Below, one piece after another: positions 33,471 to 47,519 of a DNA stretch of 64,000 nucleotides. A program made the translations under genes and the position numbers. Origin of the DNA: the human T2T-CHM13v2.0 reference genome, Homo sapiens; the NCBI RefSeq assembly GCF_009914755.1, contig NC_060937.1; one strand, written 5' to 3'. The number at the start of each line of letters is the position of its first letter. Within the stretch, counting starts at the first letter, position 1. Under the pieces are notes generated by a model, which made no database searches, had not been told where the DNA came from, and saw nothing but the letters and a program-made list of their open reading frames with translations.

Positions 33471-36400
33471 TCAGTGTTACAATTGTGGGATAATAGATGA
33501 GCATTCTAGTGTATAAATACACCAGGATAATAAGGAGAAAGTCTTGAGCTTAATCTCTGGGTAAGCTAGTTTATGCTGTCTGTTAAAAGCTACCCACATA
33601 AGATGGAGCAAAACACACATTCAGTAGATAGATTAGCAGAAACCCATATGCTGGTGCAATACAAAGCATACATGTAAGTGAATGTGAACTTCATTTTGTA
33701 TACCTTTAAGAAAAAAATGACACTATGAAAAGAGGGAAGAAGAGGAGAGACAAAGGAAGTCACTCCACCTCTAAACAAAAGACAAAAGAAAATAAATCTC
33801 ATTAAGTATATTGGCCAGTTGATTTTTATAAATGTTGCAAATCTGTCCTGTAGCATATATCATAGAATGTATCCTAAAGACGCATAAAGTCATATAAGAT
33901 GCAAACTCACCTTCATGCATAAATGTGGTACCTGAAAAATCTGTGGCCATTGAAAAGAATACAGGTTTTGAACCTTTTTAAATGTTTTAGGGAATAGTAT
34001 GTAAAAGGAAATAAGTATAAATAGCTCATTGCACAACTCATCTCAAATTCCCTCATTAGAATTAGCAATGAAAATCCAAACTTGAAAAAAAAAAATCAAT
34101 GACATATTTTCACAGACAAAATCAATAGTATTTTTTTTTAAAGAGGCTTTACACATTATTTTTTAGTACCACTGTAGAAACAGTGTCACTTTTATCTCAC
34201 TCTGATCTTCAAAAGCAGGTGACCTTGTTTGGGTTTCAATAGAAAAATCTCTCATGAATTTACATGGCCATGTTAGCTGCATAGTGTTGATTGCAAAGAT
34301 ATAAAACCAAATAATGCCATAAAACAGCCCTTCAGGCACATTGCCTTTTTAGACTATTTGCATAAAGATGGATTGCACATTGTTACGTACATGTAGTTAA
34401 ACTCTCAAATTCAAAGAAAAGAATAAAGTCCTACTTAGGTTTCCAAGGCCCCCAAAATCATAACCTGTATAATAATCTCACAAAGCAAATTCAGGGGAGG
34501 AAGCAAAAATAAAGCATATCAAACTTGCTGAAAATTAGCATTTTGTTTGTTGTGTATGTATGCAACATTAAAACAAACACTTATCACCTAAAATATCCCT
34601 TTTATGTAAGAAATATAGCAATAAATGTTTATTGACACACTGTGTTTGGGAAGAGTAAGCAAAAGTACTATGATTTCTTAACTAGTTTTCTTCTAAGTCA
34701 TGAAAATAAAAGGTTAGTAATCAGGTAATAATAAATGTTCTTAGCTTCCTTAGGAAAAGAAAAATATTGCCATTCATGTGACTTTGAGATTTCTTCTGAT
34801 ACCTAATTGTCATTTTTTTATTCTTGTCATGTAAGTTCATATAATTGATACTTCTTTGAAAGATTTGTGTGTTTTAAATATGAATCATTGATGAGCTGAT
34901 ATTTTAATTACATTTATGCAATTAGAGTTTAATATGTAATTCTAGTCAAAATTTTAGGATGGCTGAAATAAAGATGTGTCTGGATAATTCACATGCATTT
35001 CACCATCAGTATTACAAAACAATGACCACACAAATTATTTTGGTTTTCTTCCTTCCAAAATTTTTTGAAATAAGGGCTGTTTTCCTCCATACTCCTGGAG
35101 AATACACCGAATTGATTTTCTTTTACTCTGTAGCAACTGCAAAGAAAAGACATAAGAGATATGCTGCTTCTTACAACTTCTTGTATAACCAAGGGCTAAT
35201 TTGCCTCTCTGGGTTGGTTGTGTCTTTTTAAAAAAATAAGGGACTTGGTCTGTGGTAACAGTGTTCAGTCTTTGATGTTCAATGGCACCAAAGTCCCTTC
35301 AGAGATGCTTTGAAGATGGGTCACTCTGGGAACAAAGGAAAAGCCAAGTCAAGTTGGTGGTACCCTGGAACCCCTGCCCACTTGAGCCGGAAGGGTTATA
35401 CTTGTAGTTCTTTTTTAAAAATGCATTTTATATCATTAGAATAAGTGATCCACCAGTAAAAATTTCTATTACCACTTTTCTTCGTAATTGCTAAGCTCTT
35501 TTTAGCTGTAAGCATCCGTGAATTATTTTTTATAGTTGATGAATTTGTAAGTGAAGTACTAACAGCAATAAAAAGCTAACACATATAATACTTCTAAATG
35601 CAAGGAACTCTTCCAGGGGTTATAAAGAAGTTATTTCATTTAAGACTGACAGAAACCCTTTCAAAGACAGTTATGTGAAGATATCCCTATTTAATATATC
35701 TGAAACCTTTCGTGATATTCATTATCCATTAATATACAAAAGCTCATACAAATCTATTGTAAACCTACCAAGACCATTTGAAAAACTAACAAACTCACTC
35801 AAACGACATGAGCTTATTAATATGCAAATATAAATTTAAACATATTAATTTACCAAATTAGCAAATATCAGAATGAGATAGTGTCCCATTTCAATGACAA
35901 GAGGATAAAAATAGTTTCCAGTTTCCGGTGAGAGTAGAAAGCAGTAAGTTTCTAGAAAGTAATTTGTCAATAAACATCAAGAACTTAAAAAATGTTATGT
36001 ATTGTAATACTTCCAGGAATTTCTGAAAAGGAGATCATCAGATTTATAACTATGTAAATGCATGGTTGTTTATTACAATGTGAAATGTAAACCCAAACTA
36101 ATTTGAAAACAAATCCAAATAGGGAAATTGAAAGATAAAACATCCCTCATTCATTTTATAAAATAGTAAATTAAAATTAAGTTTGCTTCTATGTTTTTAG
36201 GTTTTTTAGAATAAAATATAAGTGTCATGAAAATGAGATATTTTGTATTTAGTAAGAAGGCCTCAGCTACATATAAGTGTACATCCATACACATACATTT
36301 GAAACAAAAATAAGTATGTGACTCCAAATTTACTGTTAACCACCTGTCAGCTGAGAGCCCACTGGAGATAAGATTAAATTTGGATTGAACACCCAATGTC

Positions 36401-37438
36401 GTGTCCTACTCGAACTCACTATCCATCTCCACACAGCTTCTTTTTCAAATTTTGTACACTTCCTTCTCTCACCCTTTTTGTGTACTTCTGCTCCAAATAT
36501 GCTGACACAATTTCACCTGCATCAAGTTAAAAATGAAGCTTAACACTTTCCTTCCCTCAAAAAACTTTCTTATAATATTCTGTGAGTGTATTATCTTCAC
36601 TAACATTTTGAAAGACCAGGGTGGAGTCATTTCATATTGTGCATAGATTTTACCCTTTCCCCTTCTATATTCCTTTCCTCTTCGAAAACCCCTTCCAAAA
36701 CCCCCTTTCTGAAATAACCCTTCACATATATGTTGCTTCTGTTGGCTTGAGACCTCTGGAGGTTTCCATTTGACCTTAAGGGAGTTTGTTAAGAAATTTT
36801 GGGGGAGAATTATAATAGTTTAGGGTAGGAAACTTGACAGGTTTCCCAAAGAATATGCATTTCTTCACCTAGTTTATTATTAATAGTAATAAACATTTTT
36901 TTAAATAGTAAATACAGCCTATTTTAAAGGAAAAATGTAATATTGCTTCCTCCTATTGAAACTACTTCTGATTTCGATACTGCAAGCCATCTCTCCCATT
37001 TGTCTAGATTTATGTTACCTAAAAATGACATCTCTATCCTGCGGCTGCATGAACAGTTCTGTATCTCTGGGTATATGAGAGAGTGAATTCTTACCCTCTA
37101 TCCCCTAACTTTGCAATTCGAGTTCATATTACTGAGCTCTCTTTGCTATACCCCACATCCAGTCACTGTCTCTTTCTCTCTCTCTCTTTAATTAAGATCC
37201 AGATTGAATGACAGCATTTGTGTAGCTATAATGATAAGTTTAAACTAGCAGAAAAGAAGAGCACCTTCATCCTTCTATCATTTGTCTTCCTCACTTCAAT
37301 ATTTAGATCCCTTTAGCACTCAGCTATGATGACCTCACAATGGAATCTGCTGCTCCCTGTTCTCTCTGCCATTGTCTTCTATCCCTCTGTTTTTCTCTCT
37401 CTTCCTGTAAGAGCACAACACCTACCTAAAATGCTATA

Positions 37439-37492
37439 ATGTGTGCACATGCATGCACACACACGCGCATGCGTGTGCACACACACACACAC
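37439..37492. repeat. Alternating purine-pyrimidine (CA/CG/TG) tract
   Basis: gtgtgcacatgcatgcacacacacgcgcatgcgtgtgcacacacacacacac. Confidence 0.9.
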
Positions 37493-40400
37493 CCCTACAT
37501 ACAAACACTGCCTCTGGCATTTTGCAGGCTTCGGGTGGCCTAGCCATGTAGCACATTATTCTAGGGTGTTAGTCTCTGTAGCCAGGTGAACATAGCTGGT
37601 TCTACATCCAAAGAGCTATTGCACCAAGATGTCAACATTTGATAAATAACAGAGATGGATTATTTTCCTTAACACTTTTATTCTTGGATTCATACTTCAC
37701 TCTTGGAATCTAATCACCTATGTCTACTTGGGTTGCCAGATAATGGGCCCATGACAATAGTCCAGTCAGGATCCTCCCTTTCTGTTTTCTGAAGTGAACT
37801 TAATTTTTAATCTCATCACTTTTCCTAGCCTAATCAATTTGAGAAACATTTTTTTTTAAACACACGTGGACTAAATCATATACTATGTGCATGGGTTACT
37901 AGTCCTAAACTATAAAAGATTAAATAAAGGAGTAGGGATAGAGAACCTCTGGTCCAGGTATAAAAGCCCTGCATACAATCTCACCATAAGAGTGCCAGCT
38001 TCTTCTCTCCATATTTAGGCTGCAATTTGCAGAAGAGACACCAGACCACCAGAGATAGCACATTAATGACTAGAAGAAAGGGTCTGAATCTCATTTTATT
38101 TAAAAGGAGAGGTAGTTGGAATGTTCTAGTTGACTTTCAGCAAAACTAGAAGGAAAAGGTAAGACCTAAATGATATTTTGGGAAGGAAAGTATCCGTACA
38201 CTATGAACTAGAACTATTCTTACAAGAGTCATATTCGGTCAAATCAACCTCAACAAGGATATGACTGAAAAGGAGAGAAAGATCCCCCGTTCTGTCACTT
38301 ATCCCTTCCCCTTTCTATTCTTAGTAAGGGCGAAGAGAAATGTTAGGAAAATTTAAAAAGCAACTATATTCATATGGTGGTGAACCGTGTCTCGTGTTCT
38401 GATACTTATAGCTTTCATTCCCTTTTCACATCTCCAGATTCTCACTACGAATCCCTACCCTAAGCCCCTCTGAAAAGTCTCACTCTCTACTCACTCTCTA
38501 GTACTCCTCATTTTAGAACCTGGTTTTCTTTCTAAGGAATTAATGCCTCAAGGTTGTCTCCATTCCCATTATCTAATAGGTAGGAGGAAAGGAAACTCTA
38601 CCTAGTTCCCTGTGGAACACGAATGTTGAGTGTTTAAAGTTAACGTTTTGAGGCAGTATCATCCTACATCTGATGCTGAGGTCATCCAATGTTTTTAGTG
38701 TAGTACATCCACCAGGTGTCATCTATGTAAAGTAAGCATGACACAGATAGAAAGATAACATGACCATTAGGAGACATGCTTATTTCCCTGAGTTTGAAAT
38801 AATAGATTTATAAATAAACACAAGCATTTGGATGATGGATTGTCTGATTTTTAAAATGGATGAATATGAAGAAAAAAATGCTTGATAGTGCAGGGTTTCT
38901 GGCAAATTTTATCACAATAGATGATAGTGTTTAGATTAGACTATTTCTGTTTAGAGTAATTCTGTCAATACAAACCTGAACACCTCTAATCGTTAGTCTT
39001 TCTACAATTGCAAATAATGTTTTCTCATTTGACTTTACAAATACAGTTGATGCCAACTGCCAGTGTTTCTGAGGATTTATTTATCCAGAAAGGAAGTACT
39101 TTGATTCATAAAACCAATTTATATTTTAATTACTAACTTGGCAGGACACTTGGTTAAATTGCCAGCACTATAGCAAATAATATCAATAATTTAAATTACT
39201 GAAAAAAATGGGAAGTCAGGAATTTCTCAAATCACCAATTATTTACTGGTTGTTTGTTTCAATTAAAATCATTAATAAAAAGTTCAAGTGCCATCAGAGC
39301 AGGCACAAAAAACATTATTTTCTTAAATAGTCTGGCATCCATCAGTGCCAACATTGTAGAGTAGAATTCAGTCTAAAAATAAAACAACTCCAGAGCATTT
39401 ATGCTTGCTCTAGAGTAAGCAATGGAATAAGCAAGTGGAATTGGTGCAGGTAACAGGTTTGGGTTTTGACATAACCATTAACTAATTCACACATTGTCTG
39501 ATCTTCCATTAGGTATCAGGCACTATGTGATGCAAAGAGAGTACACAAATATATTCATGACATAGTCATTTCTCTTGAGAAGCAAATGGCCAGTTTCAGG
39601 AGAAATATTCAATATAAGGTAATTATAATACTACGTGACAAGTTCAATAAAGGAAATGTGACAAAAGGATTGTGAGGCCATCAAGGAGTCTTGAGACCTC
39701 AATCTTGAGACCATGCCTGAATTGTGAGAATCTAGGAATGGTCAGAAAGGAAAACACTAGCCTTGAAGAATTAGTAGGAATAAGAGAAAGAGGAGCACAT
39801 CACAAAAATAAATGAAAGCATAATCAAAGGAAAAAGGGTAAGGCATGGCATGAGTTATTGCTAAGCCCTCACACCATGGGCACTCTTCAACAATAGAGGG
39901 ATATTAGGAATCCTAGGAAGATGTCAAAAGTTCTCTGTGGACCTATTATCAATCCACCAACTTTGTTTTTCTTTTGAGATTATTAAATGGCTGTCAAGTA
40001 TCTCTGAATAACAAAAGAGGAGGAAATAGTTTCAAAAGAGTAGATTCATAGCCCATGGCCTTAATACAACTCTTAGGATGTTTTCTCCAGTTACTTGGAA
40101 GAGGACATGAAGCTGACTAATTTGCTAGAAGGATATCCAAATTATCTCTAACACGCAAACTTTGCATTAGTATCTTCAGCAAGAAAAGTTTTGAAGGATA
40201 AATTAAGTGCTTTTAAACAAGATCCATTCAAGATAAATATCTGGTAAGTAGAAAAATTACTTTTAGCCACGTCACCATCATAATCAAAATGAGAAAAGAA
40301 TAGGAAGAGGAAGAGGAGAGGAGGAAAAGGAATAAGAAATATTAAAGTTTTACAATTTATAGTGTATACTTTTATATCTCATTTTATTATAGAAAATTCA

Positions 40401-40819
40401 GTAGGTGGACTTTTCAAATATAATCCCAAGATAGAATTGATGAGGAAATATAAGTTCAGAGACATTAAATAATTTGTCCAAGGTCATACAGATTTTTTAA
40501 AATGTCAGAAATAAGGCATCTATGAAAATCTCAACTGAATTATCTTCGATTTTCAAAGCCGCTTCTTCACAAACATTTGTTCCTTCAGCTGCAGCAAAGA
40601 TGAGACAAATGGTGTCAAATGTTTACGTCACAGAGAAATGGCTCCACACACAAATCTTTCCATTTTTGTTTTCTCTAATGTAAATAATGTACACAAACCC
40701 TAAGAACACAAAAACAAAATCTTGAGTTAAATAAACCTGTATGGTTAGAAATGGACTCTCCAGTCCCCACCATCCTATATGTGTCCCGCTGCAATGCAGC
40801 CGGGTCCTGGCAACAGGGT

Positions 40820-41030
40820 AGGGTTAAGAGATAGAATATAGGCCCAGCAGGCCTGGGTTTGAACTTAAGCAAGTAAATTAAACACTCCACTTTCTCATCT
40901 GCAAGTGGGAATATGTATAAGACTATTCTTGTAGGTTTTCTGTGAAATATAAGTGTGTTACCTTATTTCAAGCTCTTAAAAAGAGTCCTTGCATTTGGTA
41001 AGTACTATGTGGACTGGTTTTTTATTATTG
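40820..41030 (+). mobile_element. MIR SINE
   Basis: ggcctgggtttgaac...tttctcatctgcaagtgggaat. Confidence 0.6.
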
Positions 41031-41420
41031 TTTTACTTTATTTCTAAATTCATCAATATAGGAAATAATTAATGCATTCATACAGCTAAACAGACTACAG
41101 AGACTATGGAAAAAGTGACTATAGAAGGTTTTACTAGTGAATTGCTTATTCCAATTATATCTTTTATAGATGCCAATATGAAAAATAACTACAAGTAGAA
41201 TCGCTCTGGCTCAAGCAGACCAGATGTATTTTCCCCCAGAATGGCTCATCTTCAAGACACTTCTGAAGAACTTTCAGGGGCCTTGAATGTCAAAGATTGA
41301 AAACCATTACTCAAGACAAGACCAAGCCCTTTATTAAAATAAGAAAAGAAAAATAATTGATCGTCTCATAGAAATTAGTAAACTTGCCAAGCGTCACAGA
41401 ACAAGTTAGAAGAACCTGTA

Positions 41421-41512
41421 CCGTAGTTCCCCACTTATCCACGGGTTTTGCTTTCCATGGTTTCAGTTACCTTTGGTCATCCACAGTCCAAAAATAGGTG
41501 AATACAGTACTA
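41421..41512 (+). mobile_element. MER44/Tigger7-like DNA transposon terminal fragment
   Basis: ccgtagttccccacttatccacgggttttgctttccatggtttcagttacc...aaaataggtgaatacagtac, preceded by TA. Confidence 0.65.
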
Positions 41513-41991
41513 GAATTCAGGTTTCCTTGTGCTCAGTCTAACATCCCCTTTCCCACAGCATCCTATAGGTGTCTACACAAACTCTGGTATAATAAGGTAG
41601 CCGTTATATATAGCAGAGGACTGATGAATGTAGACGTGTTACCACCTAAAGATGGATCCTGAGCCTGTATGTTTCCCTTCACTTCTATTAAATGTGGGAA
41701 TTTAGTTATTATTACTAAAGCGACATTGTAAAAATAGGTGGAAAGGTTCACCCTTTTGGGGAAAAAAGCCATTACATAAATAATATTCTTCCTGTGAATA
41801 ATATTACAAAATCAGTAAGTTAGAGATCATTCAGATGTTCCTCTAGCATATTGAAACTGCTCCATATAGACCATCTTTCAGTCACCTTTCTGATTTCTGA
41901 AGATAACTTTTTAAGAATTGGTCATGGTTTTGCAAACCCACTCTTCTGATTACCTTTATAAATTTTACCTTTATAAAAATTACCTTCATAA

Positions 41992-42020
41992 ATTACAGGT
42001 ATGAGCCACCTTGCCCAGCC
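41992..42020 (-). mobile_element. Isolated Alu 5'-end remnant (~29 bp)
   Basis: attacaggtatgagccaccttgcccagcc is the reverse complement of the Alu start. Confidence 0.7.
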
Positions 42021-42083
42021 TCCCAAAATCCACTTTAAAAGGAGGTTATGGAGAACAAAGAATTAATAAATGTTTTAGGTAAA

Positions 42084-42200
42084 GAATATGTTAATTACCC
42101 TGATTTAATCATTATACCATCTACAGATGTATGGAAATATCACATTCACCCTATAGGTATGTAAAATTATTATGTATAGATTTAAAAACAAGTAAATACA
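42084..42200 (+). mobile_element. L1MA-type extreme 3' end
   Basis: taattaccctgatttaatcattatac...aaatatcacatt...ccctataggtatgtaaaattattatgt followed by an A-rich tail. Confidence 0.7.
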
Positions 42201-43546
42201 TGAAGTGAAGTGATGGAGGCTTGCTTTGCAAGGCTGAACTCTACTGGGCCTCAGAAGAGGGAAAGTAGGACACATGCCTTTCTCTGCTTTTATGTGCAAT
42301 TGCTTTCAGAACCACACACATTATGTCTATCGATAGTATGGAGCTAAAAAAGTTTTAGTGAGGAATTCATTTTTTCACAATGTTAATTCTCTTTCAAGTA
42401 GCAAATCACTATGATTTTTCAGCAGAACTATAAAAGAAGAAAAGAAACTCTCCATTATAATAGAAGAGAGAGTATAATGTAAAGATAATTTTTTGTTATT
42501 TTTCTTACTAACAAAGGTATAAACCAAGTCAAGATCTGATAGAAATTTGCTTCACTGCATAATCTATAGGCTCATAACTCTTTTATCATTACCTATTTGT
42601 TTAATATTCAATATGTGGGATCACAGTTATTTTCTTCCCTCGTTGCTACAGTTCCATATTTTCTAGTTATTTACCTGTTCTTAAAAAAAATGACTTTGTC
42701 TAGTGACAATGAATGTCAGCATAGTTTTTCCTCAATTATAAGTAGAGACAATGTGCTCTTTTTCTGTTTCAGCACTTTGCAGGGAAATCTAACTGTTAAA
42801 AGTAAGATAACCTATCAAATTTTCAACTCATAGAGGAGAGGTTAGAGATACTTAAAAAAAAGAAGTACTTCAAAAATTATCAAAATTCCTGAATTATATT
42901 CTCTGTACACAACAGAGCTGAATGGCTTTTCCTGAACAATAGGTTGACCTATGTGTTCTAGTCCCCATTTGTAATGCTATCAGAAACATATACATGTGTT
43001 TTGTTTTCTATTGATTTGTTCCTCTTATCAAGAAAAGATTTATGCCTTGTTTTCTAAACAGCCTTGAAATACAAAGAGTTTTTTCGTTCCAGATATTTCA
43101 ATAGCACCTTATTTCAACCAAATGTCTTGGTTTCTTTAAGCTCATCACTAATGTCAGTGCTTTTCAATGTCTTTCTGTTTATTTAATTTGTTTAATTTCC
43201 ATTAAATAAATGAAACAAATCAGCATATATCCACAAGCCAGAGACTTAAAAAAAATCAGTCTAAACCTTAAGAAATAGGGCAACAAGCTAAAAAGAATGA
43301 GGAAGATCGTGATGTATAAACTGCTTCTGTATGGTCTCCCAAGGGTTGTTAGCGAATTGTGTGGAAGGTTGAATGTTCTTCTATTTTGAAAATGTTTTTA
43401 TAATGTTTATTTTCTATAAAAACATGAAAATGTTAAATAAACATATTTATAATTTGGCTTTATCAGAGTATACTAGGAAAACATTGATGTTCCAATTTAG
43501 GATACCAACCACATTTTCCTCTCTATGGGAGTAGCACGTTCCTTTC

Positions 43547-43582
<36 letters not shown>

Positions 43583-43650
43583 GCACACACACACGTGTAT
43601 ATATATACGTATTATATATATATTATATATATTTAACATATCTATATTTA
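43547..43650. repeat. (TA)n(CA)n compound microsatellite
   Basis: Read directly from the sequence. Confidence 0.9.
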
Positions 43651-43659
43651 AAGAGAGAT

Positions 43660-44055
43660 GATGTGTCAGGGTTGTTCAGAGAAACAATAAGATGTAGAAA
43701 GAAATTTATTATAAGGAATTGACTCATATGATTATGCAGGCTGGCAAGTCCCAAGATCTGCTGGGTGAGTTAGAAAGCTGGAAACCCACAAGTGCCTATG
43801 GCTTAGTTTCAGTCCAAAGCAGGAAATAAGCTGATATCGCACTTTGAAGGCCTTCAGGTGTTACTAGGTAGAACTTATGCCATGTTGTTCTATTTAGGCC
43901 TTCAGCTGATTGAATGAGGTCCACCCACATTAGAAAGGGCAATCTCCTCTACTTAGTCTGCTGATTCAAATATTAAACACTCAGAATTATATTCGAATAA
44001 ATACCTGGACATCCCATGGCTCAGACAAGTTGACACAGAAAACTTAACTGATACA
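43660..44055 (-). mobile_element. MLT2B-like (ERVL) solo LTR
   Basis: cagggttgttcagagaaaca...tttattataaggaattgactcat...gattgaatgaggtccacccacatt...caagttgacacagaaaacttaac. Confidence 0.85.
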
Positions 44056-44787
44056 ATGTAAAAAACATTAATAAATTAGAAGCAGAGGATCTTAGTGCAT
44101 CCTTGTTCTCTTTTCGAGGGTATCTCTCTCTGTGGAGGGTTGTTGTTGTGGTCGTTGCACCTTCACCAACACTTACTGCAGTGACATGCAGGGGTTGAAG
44201 GTGTGGATGCAGTGGCTGAGAGAATGTGGAATCACAAAAGCAGGGTTTGCCACTGAACTTTAAAGAACTAAAGTTTAGTTCTTTAAGAAGTACAGTAAAA
44301 CTTACGTATCCTGAGGCTCATAGTCTTTCTTGCTGAATTAAATAGAGCAAAGTTTTGAGGCAGATTTTTTTATTGTATGTTTTTTTCTAAGTGATTCTGG
44401 TAATGAAAATATTACAGTTATAGGGCAAATAAACATTTAAACTGAAAACAAGCAGATGGGAAAGACCTCTACTTATTCTACCCCACGAGAGATTACTACT
44501 TATTCCCAAAGCTATGATCAACATGAAATATGGGATTGGAGAGACTCTTCCAATATAATTAGTGGTGCTCACAAAAGAATCACAACCTCCAAAAGAGAGA
44601 AATATAGATAATAATCATGAATTCATCATTTCTATTGATCTCTCATATAAGCAAAAAGGTTCTAATGTAATTTTCAAGGCATGATTCCACACGGCCATAG
44701 TATCTCTTTTTCACAAGCTTGAAGTATCAATTTCTAAAATGTTGAACACCCAAGGAACTGCATTAGCAGGAGTAGAAGAGTCCAGAC

Positions 44788-44990
44788 CAGGGTTTGGCAA
44801 GCCACTGCTAGTAGGCTAGCCAGCTGTTTTTGTAAAAGAAGTTTTACTGGAACAGAACGATGCATTTTCTTATATTGGCTATGCTAGTTTCTCATGAAGA
44901 CTGCAGTTGGATAGCTGCTATACAATCTGTATGGCCAACAAACTCAAAAATATTCACTCTCTGAGTCTTAAAAGGAAATGTGTTAGGGAT
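44788..44990 (+). mobile_element. MER58A-like hAT DNA transposon
   Basis: cagggtttggcaag...ctgtttttgtaaaagaagttttactggaaca...gtatggcc. Confidence 0.7.
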
Positions 44991-45155
44991 GCAAATTATT
45001 AAACAAGTAATTTTTGAATGTTTACTATAAACTAGGTGCTAGAGATACAAAAATGGGGAAAGAAAAAGACAAAGATCCTTGACGTTTTAGAGCTTACCTT
45101 CCATGGTCAGCTCATATCTATCATTCCAAAAGTTCAATATCCCCCAACACCCCTC

Positions 45156-45512
45156 TTTTTGTTCAGCTTTACTGAGGTATAATTGACAAGTAGTAATTGT
45201 GTATATCTAAGATCTACAACTTGACCTTTTGATAAACATATACATTGTGAAATGATCCCACAATCGAGCAAATTAACATATCTGTCACTTGCACGGTTAC
45301 TGTGTGTGTGTGTGTGTGTGGTGAGAACACTTCAGATCTAAGCATATGTCAAGTACACAATACTGTATTGTTAGCTACAGTCACCACTCTGTGTACATTA
45401 GATCTCCAGAGCTGATTCATCTTGCACAACTGAAACTTTGTACTCTTCGACAAACAGCTCCCCACTTCCCTTTCCGCCAGTCTTAGCAACCATTCTTCTA
45501 CCCTGTTTCTAT
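45156..45512 (-). mobile_element. L1MA8/9-like 3' end containing a (TG)n tract
   Basis: cagctttactgaggtataattgacaa...atacattgtgaaatgat...aactgaaactttgtac...caaccattcttctac. Confidence 0.8.
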
Positions 45513-45580
45513 CCTTCCCCCCTTTTAAAAACATTTCAGTGATTTTAGTGTTGCTCTTGGTAACACAAAACTTCCCATCA

Positions 45581-45871
45581 GGCTGGACGCGGTGGCTCAC
45601 GCCTGTAATCCCAGGACTTTGGGAGGCCGAGGCAGGTGGATCACCTGAGGTCAGTTTGAGACCACCCTGGCCAACATGGCGAAACCACACCTCTACTAAA
45701 AATACAAAAATTAGCTGGGCATGGTGGCCGGCCCCTGTAATCCCAGCTACTCGGGAGACAGGAGAATTGCTTGAACAGGGACTGGGAGGCGGAGGTTGCA
45801 GTGAGCCAAGACGGTGCCACTGCACTCCAACCTGGGTGACAGGGCTAGACTCCATCCTAAAACAAAAACAA
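45581..45871 (+). mobile_element. AluS
   Basis: Full dimer. TSD aaa(a/c)cttcccatca (45567-45580 / 45872-45885). Confidence 0.95.
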
Positions 45872-47160
45872 AAACCTTCCCATCATGTGTTTTATTCCTC
45901 CTGTGAATTGGTTGCTACTCATGGAATCTTGTGAGACTTGAAAGCCTATAGCAGTGTTTTCTGAGAAATTTCTTTGTTAAGAAAAGAGAGACTAATCAGA
46001 GGTGTGATGTCAGCTTTACAACAAAAAAGACTTGTGCACCACCTAGAGGCCGAACTGGGCGTCGGGATTAATCAGTCCTCCATTGTTGACAGGGGAAATA
46101 ATGGTGCTCAAAGGCCTGAAATGGAAGCTAATGGTCACACCCACTGCACGGTATGAGGAAGGATGATATAAGAGGATGTGCAAATATTATGAAGCACATC
46201 AACTGGTACAAGGCAAAAGAAGCAACAAGTATTTGCCTTAAAAAAGGTCAAATAATGCATTATATTCAGATATATTTAAACCTGAGGTAAATTCAGTCTT
46301 CTTTTCTGGCTTATCAAGATGCAAAACCCCCTGTATTATTCAGCACCTCCATCATTTTGCTGTATGATTGTTTCTGTTTCACTCTCCACTTGGAAACTGT
46401 GAGCTGCTTGGGATATCAGAGAAGTTTAAAAACTTCTCTGGTTTTCAAAGCAGTATTTGCGATGAAACCAGCACTCAAATATTTTTCTGAACCAAACAGA
46501 ATAAACAGTGGCATTCCTGAAAAAGTAACTAACAGATGCTTAGTTGACTAGATATTTTCAAATGCTTTCAAATCTTATTTTATTGAAGGAATAAATAGGA
46601 TTATTTTTCTTTTTTAAAAAAGATGTTATAAAAATGTTTTTATAAACCAAAAGTCTAGTTTTGTGTGCTATGTGGCTGCCCATTTGAAATAGCATTTGTC
46701 ATTTGGAAATCCTGAAGGTCTTACAGATCTTAACCATTGTAATTATGTTATTTGTCTTGCAGTGTTTAGGCAATCAGTGATATAGTTGGTTTTGCACAAC
46801 TTAGAGAAGCACAACTTTGTCATACTTGACTACCAAGATAACATTCAGTGAAGAAAGTTTTTCACTAAGGAAAATGACATGCCCCAGAGAGTGTGGAGGC
46901 TGTACTTCTTTCTTTCAGGTTAATGTGACCCATTAATATATTTCAGAGTTTCTGGTGCATTTAAAATTGGTTTATTAAATTCTTTTGCAAAGATAAAAAA
47001 TCTTCCAAAGTGTCATAATCCATTTTAAGGGAAAATTCTGAAAATTAGAGCAAGGGAGCCCCCTTGTGGACTGACTCTGATGCCATGTACAATGAATTAT
47101 CAGTTAAATCAATGATTTCATCAATATTTATGAGATAATTTTAATAGTAAAATAGCAATA

Positions 47161-47519
47161 CAGTTGACCATTGAACAATGCAGGGATTGGGGTGCCACTC
47201 TTATGCAGTAAAAAATCTGTATATATCTTCTGAGTTCCCCAAAACTTAGAACTAATAGCCCACTGTTGACCAGAAGATTTACTGGTCAATTTAACAAATA
47301 CATAGTCAATTTAACAAATAAACTAGTATCTACGTATATTTTATGCATTAATGACATACCTAACTTTCTCTTAATTTTCTGACTTTTTAGGTTATGCAGT
47401 TCATCTGCGTGTTTTCTCAAATTGTCACAAATCTCCAAAAAATTTCCAATATATTTATTGAAAAAACTGCATATAAGTGGACCCATGCTGATCAAACCCA
47501 TGTTGTTCAAGGGTAATTT
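47161..47519. mobile_element. Tigger2a/MER8/MER28-type TcMar MITE
   Basis: TIRs CAGTTGACCATTGAACAA ... TTGTTCAAGGGTAATT, with TA on the left flank. Confidence 0.85.

Noticed and set aside
45349-45934. 168-aa and 131-aa ORFs
   Set aside because: Typical Alu translations running into L1 or flanking sequence.
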